The position numbers were made by a program, and so were the translations under genes. A stretch of 63,548 nt of DNA, the filler included, from Pseudomonadota bacterium (GTDB lineage Bacteria > Desulfobacterota > Desulfobacteria > Desulfobacterales > JBDRRP01): NCBI GenBank assembly GCA_043825735.1. It is 7 parts of 7 records of this genome, joined end to end, with 100 filler letters (N's around TTAATTAATTAA, not from the genome) between each part and the next. Parts side by side here need not be neighbours in the genome. Positions count along the whole stretch, not along the records: positions 21,529 to 39,431 come from JBDRRP010000022.1; 6 more parts are not named here. The stretch is one strand, 5' to 3'. Position 1 is the stretch's first letter; the number at the start of each line of letters is the position of its first letter. Below, in pieces: positions 24,684 to 34,769 of this stretch. The notes beneath the pieces were generated by a model. That model was not told where the DNA came from, made no database searches, and saw only the letters and a program-made list of their open reading frames with translations.

Positions 24684-26486
24684 ATGACCGATCGTTTCTT
24701 CAGCAGGCGCAATCTGGATTTCTTGCTCTATGAAGTGTTCGATGCCGAAGCCCTGACCCGATTTGATTATTACGGAGACCATACCCGGCAGGGGTTTTCC
24801 ATGGTTCTTGACGCCGCGGCGTCCCTGGGCGCCGACCTGCTGCATCCCTGTCTGACGGAAATGGACGAGCACTCCGCCTTTCTGGAAAACGGACGGGTGG
24901 CGGTCCATTCCGTTGTTCGCAAGTTTCTCAAGGAATGCGGCAAGGGGGGATGGATCGGTGCAAGCTTTCCGTACGATCATGACGGTGAGCAGTTGCCGGA
25001 TATGGTGACCTCGGCCTGTCGCTTCATCTTCGCTGCGGCCAATTACTCGGCCAGTGTGTTTCCCGAGCTTTCCGCCGGCGCGGCGCATCTGGTCACGACC
25101 TTTGGCAGCAAGGCCCTGGTGGACGCGACCGTTCCCCATTTGCTGGCGGGGCGATGGCAGGGGACCATGGCCCTCACCGAGCCGGAGGCGGGCAGCTCCC
25201 TTTCCGATGTGGCCACCATGGCGGTGCCTACCGATGACGGACGCTACCGGATCCAGGGGCGAAAGGTGTTTATCAGCGCCGGGGATCATGATGCGGTTGA
25301 AAATGTGGTCCATCTTCTGCTGGCGCGGATCCAGGGCGCTCCGGCCGGCACCCGGGGGATTTCCCTGTTCGCGGTCCCCAAACTGAGAACGGAAAACGGA
25401 AAACGGGTCCCCAACGATGTTACCGTCAGCCAGGTCTTTCACAAACTCGGCTACCGCGGCGCGCCCATCACCGAGTTGAGCCTGGGCGAGCATGACGATT
25501 GCCTGGGCGATCTGGTGGGCCCCCCCCACCGGGGCTTGTCGTGTATGTTTCAAATGATGAACGAGGCCCGTATCGGTGTGGGCCTGGGGGCGACGGCGAT
25601 TGCCTCGGCGGCCTATTATGCCGCCCTGGACTATGCCAGAGGCCGCCGTCAGGGCCGAAAACCAGGAGAAAAGGATCCCGCCTGCCCGCCGATGGCCATC
25701 ATCGAACACGCCGATGTTCGGCGTATGCTGCTGTTTCAGCGGGCGGTGGTCGAGGGCAGTCTGGGGCTGCTGCTCCAGTGCTGCCATTATTCGGACACGG
25801 CGCATGCAGGACCGGCAGGCGAACGTGAGGACGCCGGTATGCTGCTTGATCTGCTCACACCCGTGGCCAAATCCTACCCTTCGGAGATGGGGGTGCTGGC
25901 TGTGAGCGCGGGGCTCCAGTGTCTGGGAGGATATGGGTATTGCAGTGATTTTCCCCTCCAGCAGTACTACCGGGATGTTCGCATTCACCCCATCCATGAG
26001 GGTACCACCGGAATTCAGGGCATGGACCTGCTCGGGCGAAAGGTGTTCATGCACGACGGCAGAGCCCTGGCCCTGCTCGCGGATGCCATGGGCGTCACCA
26101 TGGCCGCGGCCGAAGGCCGCGGCGCGTTGGCCGATCACGTCAGGGCACTGCGCGATGCCCGGGAGCGTCTGGCCACCGTCACCCAGCATCTCCTCGGGGT
26201 GGCCATGACCCGGGGCCCGGAGGTATTTCTCGCCGACGCCACACTATACCTCGAGCTCTTCGGCATCACCGTCGTGGCATGGCAGTGGCTGAAACAGGCC
26301 GTGGTCGCCGACAGCGCCCTGGACACGAACCGTGCTGACGGCGCGCGCCGGTTTTATCTTGGCAAACGGTTCACGTGCGATTATTTTTTCGCCTATGAAC
26401 TGCCTAAGACATTGGGGCTGGCACAGCGCCTCACCGATGAGCGCGCCCTCACCACGCAGATGTCGTCGGATTTGTTTGATGACTGA
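24684..26486 (+). CDS. Acyl-CoA dehydrogenase (long, ~600-aa type)
   Basis: GTMALTEPEAGSSL, KVFISAG, MFQMMNEARIGVG, IHEGTTGIQ; AAGGAG RBS. Confidence 0.95.
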   Translation: MTDRFFSRRNLDFLLYEVFDAEALTRFDYYGDHTRQGFSMVLDAAASLGADLLHPCLTEMDEHSAFLENGRVAVHSVVRKFLKECGKGGWIGASFPYDHDGEQLPDMVTSACRFIFAAANYSASVFPELSAGAAHLVTTFGSKALVDATVPHLLAGRWQGTMALTEPEAGSSLSDVATMAVPTDDGRYRIQGRKVFISAGDHDAVENVVHLLLARIQGAPAGTRGISLFAVPKLRTENGKRVPNDVTVSQVFHKLGYRGAPITELSLGEHDDCLGDLVGPPHRGLSCMFQMMNEARIGVGLGATAIASAAYYAALDYARGRRQGRKPGEKDPACPPMAIIEHADVRRMLLFQRAVVEGSLGLLLQCCHYSDTAHAGPAGEREDAGMLLDLLTPVAKSYPSEMGVLAVSAGLQCLGGYGYCSDFPLQQYYRDVRIHPIHEGTTGIQGMDLLGRKVFMHDGRALALLADAMGVTMAAAEGRGALADHVRALRDARERLATVTQHLLGVAMTRGPEVFLADATLYLELFGITVVAWQWLKQAVVADSALDTNRADGARRFYLGKRFTCDYFFAYELPKTLGLAQRLTDERALTTQMSSDLFDD

Positions 26487-26505
26487 CACCGGATAAGGAG
26501 ATGCC

Positions 26506-27294
26506 ATGAAGATACTGATCTGCGGCAAGGGCGGCAGCGGCAAGAGCACGACGGCGGCCATGATGGCCCTGGCATTTCACGACATGGGGCGACAGGTGCT
26601 GGTGGTGGATGCCGACGATTCCAACCAGTGCCTGCACCGGCTGTTGGGGTGCCCGCGGCCGATGTCCATTATGGACGATCTGGGCGGCAAGCCGGGATTT
26701 CGAGATCGGGTGTCAAGCGCGGGCGCAACGGTTTTTCATGCCCCAACAGAACCAGTGGATCTGCCGGCGTCCGTCGTGCCGCAGCGGCCAAATCTGAGTC
26801 TGGTATCAGTGGGAAAGATACACCATTTCGGCGAAGGGTGCGCCTGTCCCATGGGGCGGCTTTTCGGAATGCTCTTTGACCGGTTGCACACCCCGCCCGG
26901 GACCGTGGTGCTGGTGGACACCGCCGCCGGGGTGGAGCATTTCGGCCGCCGCCTGGACGGCGCCGTTGACCGCTTGGTGGCCATCATCGATCCGAGCGGG
27001 GAGTCTCTTGAAATGGCGGGACGATTTGCGGCGCTGGCCGCCGAAGCGGGAAAACCCCTTTCTTTTATCCTTAACCGGGTTGACCCTGATGTTGCCGGAA
27101 TAATGGCCGATCACGTGCCTGCCGGTCAGTTGCTGGCGAAGATCCCCGTCGACCGGGAGGTGATGATGGATAACCTTCTCGGGAACCCGCTGACTCACGC
27201 GTTGCCGGAGGTGGCGGAAGCCTGCCGGTGCCTGCTCGATGAACTGCCGGCGGCAAAGATGGGGGGGCGGCCCTCCCCGTTTCGCACCCTGTGA
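26506..27294 (+). CDS. CooC-like nickel-insertion ATPase (MinD/ParA family)
   Basis: GKGGSGKST deviant Walker A, GCACP, DTAAGVEHFGR. Confidence 0.85.
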   Translation: MKILICGKGGSGKSTTAAMMALAFHDMGRQVLVVDADDSNQCLHRLLGCPRPMSIMDDLGGKPGFRDRVSSAGATVFHAPTEPVDLPASVVPQRPNLSLVSVGKIHHFGEGCACPMGRLFGMLFDRLHTPPGTVVLVDTAAGVEHFGRRLDGAVDRLVAIIDPSGESLEMAGRFAALAAEAGKPLSFILNRVDPDVAGIMADHVPAGQLLAKIPVDREVMMDNLLGNPLTHALPEVAEACRCLLDELPAAKMGGRPSPFRTL

Positions 27295-28421
27295 GCGGCC
27301 TGCCCATGGCGCCGATGCATATCGCTTTTTTCATCACGGCCCATGGTTTCGGCCATGCCGCACGCGCGGCAGCCGTCATGGCAGCCGTCCGCCGCATCTA
27401 CCCGGCCGCGCTCATCCACGCTTACACGACCGTCCCGGTCTGGTTTTTTGACCATGTCGATACGGGGCCCGTCACCATCCGGCACCTGGAAACCGACGTC
27501 GGGATGGTGCAGAAAAACCCACTGGAAGAAGACCCTGCCGAAACACTCCGGCGATTGAACGCGTTTTTCCCGGTTGCCGACAGCTATGCCCGGGGCCTGG
27601 CCGAGGAGTTGACCCGCGAGGGGGTGAGCCTCGTGGTGGCGGACATTGCACCGGTGGGCATCGTTGCCGCGGCCTTGGCCGGTATCCCGTCGGTGCTGAT
27701 CGAGAATTTTACCTGGGACTGGATTTACGCGCCGTACATCCGTCGCTGGCCCGGTTTCGAGCGACACATCGCTTATCTGGCCCGCGTGTTCGACCGGGCG
27801 GACGTCCGGATTCAGGCGGCGCCGGTCTGCCGTCCGGTTCCCTGTCAGCTCACCGTGTCGCCGGTGAGCCGTGAGGCGCGAACGCCGCCCACTGAGATCC
27901 GCGCCAGATTGGGGATTGACGATGAAGAGCGCATGGTGCTGTTGGCCCTTGGGGGGACCCCGGTCACCGGGGACATGTTGTCCGCCATCCGGGTTCCGAA
28001 GGGATTTCGCCTGGTGGCGCCCGGCGGACCGGAAAACCTGGCGCAGCTGCTGCGCGTTGTGCGGCTTCCGGCAAATTCGGGATATTATCACCCGGATTTG
28101 ATCCGCGCCGCCGATGCTGTTATCGGAAAAGCCGGCTACAGCACCATGGCCGAAATTTATCGCTACGGGGTGCCGTTCGGGTTCGTATCGCGGCCTCATT
28201 TTAGGGAAGCCCCCATTATGGAGGCCTTTATCACGGCTGAATTGGGGGGACGGCTGATTTCGGAGGAGATGTTTCAAGGTGGAAACTGGCGTCGCCTCAT
28301 GGCGGATCTCGTGGAGATGCCGCCACGGACGGCAGCGGCCGAAAACGGTGCGGATACCATTGCCCGTTTTCTTGTGTCCCGGTTCGGCTGCAGCAGGATC
28401 CGCCGCGTCACCGCCGGGTGA
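27291..28421 (+). CDS. GT-B glycosyltransferase-like protein (similar to arabinokinase N-terminal domain)
   Basis: HGFGHAAR, NFTWDWIY, GKAGYST. Confidence 0.75.
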   Translation: MSGLPMAPMHIAFFITAHGFGHAARAAAVMAAVRRIYPAALIHAYTTVPVWFFDHVDTGPVTIRHLETDVGMVQKNPLEEDPAETLRRLNAFFPVADSYARGLAEELTREGVSLVVADIAPVGIVAAALAGIPSVLIENFTWDWIYAPYIRRWPGFERHIAYLARVFDRADVRIQAAPVCRPVPCQLTVSPVSREARTPPTEIRARLGIDDEERMVLLALGGTPVTGDMLSAIRVPKGFRLVAPGGPENLAQLLRVVRLPANSGYYHPDLIRAADAVIGKAGYSTMAEIYRYGVPFGFVSRPHFREAPIMEAFITAELGGRLISEEMFQGGNWRRLMADLVEMPPRTAAAENGADTIARFLVSRFGCSRIRRVTAG

Positions 28422-29205
28422 GCATCTGTTCGAACTGACGACGGCTGTCGGCCAGGCGGCGCCGGTCCGGATCAAAGACTTCAAAAGTGACCGTGTCATC
28501 GTAGCCCAGCGCGACCAGCCGCCGGGCCAGCGAGGGGAAATCCACCTTGCCGTCACCCATCGGCAGGTGTTCGTCGCCTTTACCGGAGTTGTCGCTGATG
28601 TGTACGTGGGCCAGGCGATCGGCGAACCGGTCGAGAAAGGCCAGCAGGCGGCGGCCTCCCGGGGAGCGGATATTGGCGTGGCCGGAGTCCAGGGTCAGCC
28701 CCAGCTGCGGAAATCGGCTGAATATGGGCAGGTATTCATCGGGTTCGAAAAACGCCCCGTAAGCGGGGAACATGTTCTCGATGCACAGTTTCAGCCCGGC
28801 GGCGGCGCCGGCCGCCGCGATGGCCGCGATGCTCTCCATGGCATGCGCCTTTGCCGCGGGCAGGACATGGCTGCCCATCCCCCGGATGAGGCCCGGGTGA
28901 AACACCACTTTTTCGGCACCCAGTTCACCGGCTGTTTCCAGTGAGTCGAGCATTTCAGCCACCGAGGCCAGCCGGATGCGGTCGGTGAGATCGGCAGTGT
29001 GCACAAAGGTGGGCAGGTGACAGACCAGACCCATGCCGGCATCGGCAAGCTGGGACCGAATGCGGCCACAGCCCAGCCGCAGTTGGCTGAAATGGGCCAT
29101 GGGCGGGTCCATGGCCAGCTCCAGGTAGTCGAATCCCAGGGCGGCGAAAGTGCTGATTTCCTCGGTCACCGGCATGATGGGAAAGTTCATGGCGCCGTAT
29201 CGCAT
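28408..29205 (-). CDS. Sugar phosphate isomerase/epimerase family (xylose isomerase-like TIM barrel)
   Basis: IENM, DSGHA, HVHISDN..DEHLP.GDG, FEVF. Confidence 0.85.
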   Translation of the reverse strand: MRYGAMNFPIMPVTEEISTFAALGFDYLELAMDPPMAHFSQLRLGCGRIRSQLADAGMGLVCHLPTFVHTADLTDRIRLASVAEMLDSLETAGELGAEKVVFHPGLIRGMGSHVLPAAKAHAMESIAAIAAAGAAAGLKLCIENMFPAYGAFFEPDEYLPIFSRFPQLGLTLDSGHANIRSPGGRRLLAFLDRFADRLAHVHISDNSGKGDEHLPMGDGKVDFPSLARRLVALGYDDTVTFEVFDPDRRRLADSRRQFEQMLTRR

Positions 29206-29246
29206 AGCATTTCCTAACTAGTGTCCATCCATGGGAAGCCGCTTGC

Positions 29247-29358
29247 TCCCTCTCTCTTGATGGGAGAGGGCTGGGGTGAGGGTGACAACCCGCCGGCAAC
29301 AAGAGATCATCTGATACCGACCCGCCCCTCCCCTGTCCCCACCCACCAGGGGAGGGGT
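29247..29358. repeat. Paired CCCTCTC..GAGAGGG / CCCCTCCC..GGGAGGGG palindromic repeat
   Basis: CCCTCTCTCTTGATGGGAGAGGGCTGGGGTGAGGG and inverted partner CCCCTCCCCTGTCCCCACCCACCAGGGGAGGGG. Confidence 0.6.
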
Positions 29359-29376
29359 ATTTAAGGAGCCGCAATT

Positions 29377-30924
29377 ATGTTCATCGCATTCATCAGGACC
29401 CGAGCGCAACGGTTTCTTTTTCTGGGTGTGTTTCTGGCGATCGTCGCTGCAAGCATCTCGGCGGCTTCAGCAGCCGGGGTGGACGTTACGCTGCTCTTTT
29501 TCAACGACCACCACGGGCATTTGAGCCCGTTCGAGCTGAAAACGGATGGGGCCGGGCAATCGGTGGGGGGCATGGCGCGCATCGCCACGTTGGTGCGGCA
29601 GGTGCGCGAGGAGAACGCGGCTGCCGGCGTGCGGACCGTGCTGGTGGTCGCCGGTGACATCCTCCAGGGAACACCGCTGTCCACCGTGTTCAAGGGACAG
29701 GCGGATGTGGCCTGTTTCAATGCCATGGGGGTGGATGCCGTCACCGTGGGCAATCACGAGTTCGATTTCGGTCTCGATAATTTCAAGGCGCTGGTGCAGC
29801 AGGCCCGGTTTGTGTTTATGAGCGCCAATATCCGGTGGAAAGACGGTGGCCGCCCGCTGGTGGCCGCCGGTCAGCGCATCGCGTTGGGAGACGGGCTCTT
29901 TATCCATTTCATCGCCGTGACCACACCCGAGCTGCTGACATTGACGCGGCCAGAATATGTCGCGCCGCTATCGGTGGCGGCGCCTGTTTCCGTGGTGCGG
30001 GACGCCGTGGATCGGATCCAGGGCAAAGGCCCCGTCGTACTGGTGTCCCACAGCCGGCACCGAACCGATATCGCCATCGGTTCGGCCGTCCCGGAACTGG
30101 CGGCCATCATCGCCGGCCATGACCACCTGCTGTTCGATCCGCCCCGGCACGCGGGCAGTGTTCCGGTATACCAGGCCCTGGATTACGGGCGCTACCTGGG
30201 GCGCCTTGACCTGCGTGTCGATTCGGCCACCGGACACGCAACGACCCAGTCGTGGCGCTATATCCCCATTACCGCCGATATCCCCCCGGATCCGGAGGTA
30301 GCGGGCATTATCGCATCCTACGAGGGCCGATTGGGCGCGCAGTTCAAGGAGACGATCGGCGAGGCAGTGGTGGATCTGGATGCGGCGCGGGCAACTGTCC
30401 GTTTTGGCGAAACCAACTGGGGGGACCTGGTGGCGGACGTGGTGCGGACCTATTCCGGGGCTCAGATCGCCCTGGTCAACAGCGGCGGTCTTCGGGCCAG
30501 CATTTACAAGGGGCCCATCACCGTGGAATCCATTTTCAGGGCACTGCCGTTCACTAACGAAATCGTGATTTTGGAAGTGACGGGCGCCACGCTGCGAGCG
30601 GCCCTGGCGCGTTCAGTGAGCCCGGCTCGCGAAGATGAAGACGGCGGCTTTCTGCAGGTGTCAGGGCTGCGTTTTCGCATCGAGGGCAAGGCACCGGTGG
30701 ACATCCGGATTGGCGACGGGCGGCAGCCCCTGGCAGACGGCCAAACCTACCGGGTGGCCGTACCCGATTACCTGGCATCGGGGGGAGATCAATACACCAT
30801 GTTCGCAGGGTTGCCCCGCCTGGATACGGGGCTCCCCTTGCGCGATATCGTCGTGGAGGATATCCGTCGGAAAGGACGGATCGCGCCGGCGGTGGACGGA
30901 CGCATCGCGCGTGGCGCCGAATAA
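29377..30924 (+). CDS. Periplasmic 5'-nucleotidase / UDP-sugar hydrolase
   Basis: Signal peptide, NDHHG, AGD, GNHEFD, GHDH, NSGGLR, GGDQY. Confidence 0.93.
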   Translation: MFIAFIRTRAQRFLFLGVFLAIVAASISAASAAGVDVTLLFFNDHHGHLSPFELKTDGAGQSVGGMARIATLVRQVREENAAAGVRTVLVVAGDILQGTPLSTVFKGQADVACFNAMGVDAVTVGNHEFDFGLDNFKALVQQARFVFMSANIRWKDGGRPLVAAGQRIALGDGLFIHFIAVTTPELLTLTRPEYVAPLSVAAPVSVVRDAVDRIQGKGPVVLVSHSRHRTDIAIGSAVPELAAIIAGHDHLLFDPPRHAGSVPVYQALDYGRYLGRLDLRVDSATGHATTQSWRYIPITADIPPDPEVAGIIASYEGRLGAQFKETIGEAVVDLDAARATVRFGETNWGDLVADVVRTYSGAQIALVNSGGLRASIYKGPITVESIFRALPFTNEIVILEVTGATLRAALARSVSPAREDEDGGFLQVSGLRFRIEGKAPVDIRIGDGRQPLADGQTYRVAVPDYLASGGDQYTMFAGLPRLDTGLPLRDIVVEDIRRKGRIAPAVDGRIARGAE

Positions 30925-30937
30925 ATGACGGGTTGCG

Positions 30938-31132
30938 TTACCGGCGGGCGGCAAAATATGCCATGCTCTGCTCGATAATCTGCCGGCGGGCCCCCGGGTC
31001 GCCTTCGAAGTTCAGGCAGTTGCGCGCCGCATCGTAGCGCACCCGGCACTGATAGCGCTTGGCAACGCTGTCCATGATTTTTGATATGATTTTCAGGTTG
31101 CTGACGTGTCTGTTGATTTTTACGGCGTTCAT
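30938..31132 (-). CDS. Small hypothetical protein (64 aa)
   Basis: GGAG RBS upstream; preceded by a sigma54 promoter; convergent with the nucleotidase gene. Confidence 0.6.
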   Translation of the reverse strand: MNAVKINRHVSNLKIISKIMDSVAKRYQCRVRYDAARNCLNFEGDPGARRQIIEQSMAYFAARR

Positions 31133-31204
31133 GATTTCCAGCTCCCGATGACCTGCTTGGCCGCCGGCGCCCGGCGGTTGTATTCAATGTTGCCACGAGA
31201 GCAA

Positions 31205-31220
31205 AGCAAACCGCGTGCCA
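31205..31220 (-). promoter_or_regulatory. Sigma54 (-24/-12) promoter
   Basis: TGGCAC-GCGGT-TTGCT matches the TGGCAC-N5-TTGCW consensus. Confidence 0.75.
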
Positions 31221-31241
31221 GGTGTCGGGGTGCTGCATCGG

Positions 31242-31385
31242 GTGTGAACCACGAAGCTCACGAAGTGCACGAAGAATAACCTAAAAAACAAGTGGGATAG
31301 AAAACCGTTGTGTCCTTCGTGGCGATCAAAAACATCTGGGGTTACAAGGCGCCGGCACTGTTACCTGAGTTTTGTGCATAATCAG
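31242..31385. repeat. Family B element, partial copy (left TIR missing)
   Basis: GTGAACCACGAAG..CACGAAGTGCACGAAG...TGTGCATAATCAG, colinear with 5380-5531. Confidence 0.75.
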
Positions 31386-31538
31386 GTAGTGCAATTTCTG
31401 GCCGCCATTCAGAACCGGGCAATAGGCTGCACGGCCACCGGGATGCGGCGATTGCCCACCCCGGGCGCATATGATAGTGCACTCGGGCGTTTAACGGATG
31501 ACTGACGGTCAGAAAAATGACACGAAAGGAAGGCTGTT

Positions 31539-32033
31539 ATGAAAGATGCAAACTACATGGCCATTGCGGAAAAGGCCATGGGGCAGATTCAAAAGGGTGC
31601 TTTTTTGACGGTGGCGGCGGAAGGAAAATTGAACACCATGACCATCGGCTGGGCCACCATCGGGTTTTGCTGGCGAAAACCGGTGTTCATGGTTGCCGTC
31701 CGCGATTCGCGCCACACCTTCACCCTCATGGAAAAGGCCCCTGACTTTACCGTGTCGGTGCCGGCCACCCCCATGAAGGACGAGATCATGTTCTGCGGCA
31801 CAAAAAGCGGGCGCGATGTGGACAAGTTCGCCGCCCTCGGTATTACCACCGCCGAGGGCCGCCAAGTGGCCTCTCCCATCATCGACATCCCCGGTATCCA
31901 CCTGGAGTGCCGCATCATCGTGAAGACGCCCATGGACCCGGCATTGATGGCGGGCGATCTTGAATCGCTGTACCCTGAAAAGGACTACCACACCCTTTAT
32001 TTCGGCGAGATCATGGCCTGCTATGAAACATAG
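31539..32033 (+). CDS. Flavin reductase family protein
   Basis: NTMTIGW, RHT, CGTKSGRDVDK, YHTLYFGEI. Confidence 0.9.
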   Translation: MKDANYMAIAEKAMGQIQKGAFLTVAAEGKLNTMTIGWATIGFCWRKPVFMVAVRDSRHTFTLMEKAPDFTVSVPATPMKDEIMFCGTKSGRDVDKFAALGITTAEGRQVASPIIDIPGIHLECRIIVKTPMDPALMAGDLESLYPEKDYHTLYFGEIMACYET

Positions 32034-32268
32034 GGGCAAAGGGTCCGAGGGCCCAAGGGTCCGAGTGAAAACCAAACAAGAAAACGGAAAGATACGTCTG
32101 CAGGCACTACCCTTTTAAACCGCCTGCAGTGGGTTTGCATGTTGAGCGTGTTACTAACATGCTGCCTGGGCCGGCTGCCAACCGCCGGGATACCGCATGA
32201 CGCCCAATGCCGTCACTCGACCCCTTGGACCCTTGAACCCTTTTCTCCATATGACCTGGAAAAGAACC
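32031..32268. repeat. Family A element, reverse orientation
   Basis: AGGGTCCGAGGGCCCAAGGGTCCGAGTGAAAA ... ACGCCCAATGCCGTCACTCGACCCCTTGGACCCTTGAACCC. Confidence 0.8.
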
Positions 32269-32271
32269 ACA

Positions 32272-32799
32272 TTATTGAATAGTGCCGCAGGCCACCCGCG
32301 CGCCGCCGCCGCCCAGCGGCGCGGGGATGTCGGAATAATTGTCGCCGCTGGCATGAATCATCAGGCTGCGGCCCTCAAAATCTTCCGGTTTGAGCCGCGG
32401 GGCCAGGACCGGCAGAGTGGCTGTGCCGTCAGCCGCGACGGTGAGCGCCGGCAGGTCCCCCAGGTGCCCGGCGCTGTATGGGCCCAGGTGTTTTCCCGTC
32501 TTGCCGGGGTCGTAGTGGCCGCCGGCCGCCAGCGCCGGCACCTTTTTGCCGTCCTTTTCACCGGGTTCACAACTGGGATTCTCATGAAGGTGAAACCCGT
32601 GGATGCCGGGGGAGAGCCCCTTGAGATTCGGGGTCAGCAGGGTGCCGTAGGGGGTTTTGCTGATTTGAATCGTTCCCACCGGCTGGCCGATTCCAGCGGT
32701 AGTGACAGCGTTCATCGCGACGCCCGCTTTTTCTTCACAGGCCGCCGCTCCCATTAGCATCAGTCCGATACATGCCAGTAAAATCAGTTTTTTCATCAT
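32272..32799 (-). CDS. sodC: Cu/Zn superoxide dismutase, probable lipoprotein
   Basis: [36 protein letters not shown]; signal ending AAAC; start at MMKK. Confidence 0.95.
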   Translation of the reverse strand: MMKKLILLACIGLMLMGAAACEEKAGVAMNAVTTAGIGQPVGTIQISKTPYGTLLTPNLKGLSPGIHGFHLHENPSCEPGEKDGKKVPALAAGGHYDPGKTGKHLGPYSAGHLGDLPALTVAADGTATLPVLAPRLKPEDFEGRSLMIHASGDNYSDIPAPLGGGGARVACGTIQ

Positions 32800-33140
32800 G
32801 TTTCCTTTCGATACCATCCGTTGGTAGGATTTCTTGTATTGATAAACATAACGCAGGACGCTCTTTGTGCAATCTGTCAGAGCGCCACGCGTCGCCATCG
32901 ATGCGTGAGCACGGGGGCAGGAAACAATTTTGTCCATCATTGTGAAAAATTGTGTAACCATTGAGCGCAACCCGAAGCGGCCAAAGGAGAATGCATATGG
33001 AAAACACCGTCGCTGTCATGCGATGTGAGGACTACGACCGGGCTTGAAGAAGCGCGCCGCGCCTGGTAGTCTGTTCCTGTTTTTTTCAGATCGCCTCACC
33101 GAGGATTTGAACAACGGCAGATTACGATAGCGGAGCGCAA

Positions 33141-33608
33141 ATGCAACGCGACATCAGACGAAAAGACCGGGTGCTTGAAACGCCATTGGCACAGGCGCTG
33201 CTCGAAAACGGGGAATACGGCGTGCTGTCCACCTGTGGCGGCGATGGTCAGCCCTACGGCGTACCGGTGAACTATGCCGTCATGGGAACCGACATCGTGA
33301 TCCACTGCGCCACGGCCGGACACAAAGTGGAAAATATCGCCGAAAACCCGAAGGTCAGCTTTACGGTGGTGGGAAAAACTGAGCTCCTGCCGGAAAAATT
33401 CGCCACCCGGTATGAAAGCGTCATCGCGTTCGGGCGCGCATCTTTTATCGATGACCCGAATCTCAAGCGGGACGGCCTCAGGGCGCTGGTGGCCAAGTAT
33501 GCCGCCGATCATATTAAAGCCGGTGATGACTACATCGAGACGCTGATAGACAAGACGCGCGTGATTCGTGTGGCCGTGGACCGGATCACCGGCAAGGCCA
33601 GACGGTGA
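33141..33608 (+). CDS. Pyridoxamine 5'-phosphate oxidase / NimA-like flavin-binding protein
   Basis: RRKDR, PYGVPVNY, HCA..GHK, YESVI, ITGK. Confidence 0.88.
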   Translation: MQRDIRRKDRVLETPLAQALLENGEYGVLSTCGGDGQPYGVPVNYAVMGTDIVIHCATAGHKVENIAENPKVSFTVVGKTELLPEKFATRYESVIAFGRASFIDDPNLKRDGLRALVAKYAADHIKAGDDYIETLIDKTRVIRVAVDRITGKARR

Positions 33609-34750
33609 TGCAATCGCAGCGGCCCAAAGCGGTCATGCCTGAAGTCATACGGCCCTTTATCGATGCCGTTGCCGAGAGTCCGTCGCGATTGGCCGAGTTG
33701 AACCGCCAGGGCCGAACACTCGTCGGTTATTTTTGCACCTACACCCCCATAGAACTGATCCACGCCTGCGGCATGGTGCCGGTGCGCATCACCGGAGAGC
33801 CCGGCGCCGTTGAAAAGGCCTACGGCCTGGCGCCGGATTTCATCTGTCCCTTCATGAAGCGCGCCCTGGAAAAAGCGATGGATGGGCAGTACGCGTTTCT
33901 TTCCGGGCTGGTACAGGGTTACACCTGTGATGTGGCCTGCGGCATGGTGAACATTTGGGCGGAAAACATCGGGGGCAACCTGTACCGGGCGCTGCCGATG
34001 CCTTACAACGACACGCCCGAATCCAGAGACTATCTCACCGCGGAATACATGGCCTTTGTCGGGCAGGCCGTGGCTGCCGGTGGCCGCTTCAGCCCGGAGC
34101 GGCTATCGGCCTCGCTGGATCTTTATGCCGGCATCCGGCGGCGGGTGCTGAAGCTTTTCGCACTGCGCGCGCGGGGCGCCCTGCCGCTGTCGGCGGCTGA
34201 TTTTCACGCCGTGGTCCAGGCCGGGTTTGTCACCCCACCGGAGGCTTTTACAGCCATGCTGGACAGCCTGCCGGTGGATGATGAATCGGTTTGCGCCGCG
34301 GTGCCGGCCAGCGGAATGCCGGTCCTCGTAACCGGCAGTCTTGTGGAATCGACCGCCGTGCTGACGGCGCTCGAAGCGGCGGGCGCCCGCATCGTTGCCG
34401 ATGATCTGTGCACAGGCTACCGTCATTTCTCACCGGCCGACGGCGCCGGGGCCGAGCCGATGGACCGGCTCGTCGACCGGTATATGCGCCGGTTTCCCTG
34501 CCCGTCCCGGAGCCGGGCCGAGGAGCGGCTGCCGCGCATTCTCGATCTGGCGGCGCGCTCCGGAGCCAGGGGCGTGGTGTTTCTTTTGCAGAAGTTCTGC
34601 ACGCCCCACCTGGCCGATGTGCCGCCCCTCACGGATATGCTCCGGGAAAAAGGGATTGCCAGCCTGCTGCTGGAAATGGATGAAACCTGGCAGGTGGACG
34701 GCCGGATCCGCACCCGGCTGGAAGGGTTTTTTGAAATGCTCCAGGCGTGA
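33605..34750 (+). CDS. 2-hydroxyacyl-CoA dehydratase family subunit (HgdB/BcrC-like)
   Basis: FCTYTPIELI, CPF, TCD, DDLCTG, KFC, TRLEGFFEML. Confidence 0.88.
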   Translation: MMQSQRPKAVMPEVIRPFIDAVAESPSRLAELNRQGRTLVGYFCTYTPIELIHACGMVPVRITGEPGAVEKAYGLAPDFICPFMKRALEKAMDGQYAFLSGLVQGYTCDVACGMVNIWAENIGGNLYRALPMPYNDTPESRDYLTAEYMAFVGQAVAAGGRFSPERLSASLDLYAGIRRRVLKLFALRARGALPLSAADFHAVVQAGFVTPPEAFTAMLDSLPVDDESVCAAVPASGMPVLVTGSLVESTAVLTALEAAGARIVADDLCTGYRHFSPADGAGAEPMDRLVDRYMRRFPCPSRSRAEERLPRILDLAARSGARGVVFLLQKFCTPHLADVPPLTDMLREKGIASLLLEMDETWQVDGRIRTRLEGFFEMLQA

Positions 34751-34769
34751 CAGGCAACGGGTGAGTTCT

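Noticed and set aside
34395..34769. N-terminal extensions in the ORF track (also mreB 18590, glmU-like 6454, sodC 32970, scaffold 43106, integrase 56194)
   Set aside because: Downstream starts have a better RBS or match the expected family N-terminus; the extensions overlap other genes or intergenic structure
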